Of a DNA stretch of 64,000 bases, positions 63,826 through 64,000 are shown one piece after another. Each line of letters starts with the position of its first letter. Within the stretch, counting starts at the first letter, position 1. Source of the stretch: Bugula neritina (lineage: Eukaryota > Animalia > Bryozoa); assembly GCA_964035545.1 (NCBI GenBank), contig OZ037765.1, positions 5,156,698-5,220,697 of the forward strand, read 5' to 3'. The notes below the pieces were generated by a model. The model saw only the letters and a program-made list of their open reading frames with translations, was not told the DNA's origin and made no database searches. The position numbers and the translations under genes were made by a program.

Positions 63826-64000
63826 ATTTAGAGTAGCAATATACTCTTGCCTATATAAATGGAAGACAAGAATGAAGACGCAATCCTATTGTATTGTACA
63901 ATTTTTAATAAACTTTCATGTTAATCAAGTTACAAACAGTTATAAACACAAAGCAAGATAAACAAATAAATATATAAAAACGAATAGCTGACAATCTTTT

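Overview
AT-rich, intron-dense animal (invertebrate-like) genomic DNA; the species cannot be determined from the sequence alone. Left to right: (1) 277-19006, the 3' part of a large multi-exon mannose-receptor-like lectin gene (+) with at least 3 F5/8C (discoidin) domains, WSC, 8 CTLDs, FN2, a 9th CTLD, a Ser/Thr stalk, TM and an FENxxY tail. (2) ~20.0-24.2 kb, an ARID3/dead-ringer-like gene (-). (3) 29694-43383, a three-level transposon nest with all TSDs intact: a non-autonomous hAT element (8-bp TSD) contains a full-length Ty3/gypsy element (271-bp LTRs identical by eye, intact 1819-aa gag-pol), which contains a Gmr1-type LTR element (540-bp LTRs, PR-IN order, RT deleted). Removing the inner element restores an in-frame ~319-aa accessory ORF with tandem zinc fingers in the env position of the outer gypsy; the outer Gag zinc knuckle has lost all three cysteines. 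This is the best candidate for an undescribed system. (4) 43.9-48.8 kb, an inverted ARID3 paralog with altered DNA-recognition residues and a 3' half homogenised with copy A. (5) 53.2-57.6 kb, a scrambled patchwork of ARID, Ig and lectin gene fragments. (6) 57.9-63.8 kb, a probably GPI-anchored five-Ig-domain gene. MITEs and tRNA-derived SINEs are scattered throughout. All alignments and splice models were made by eye.
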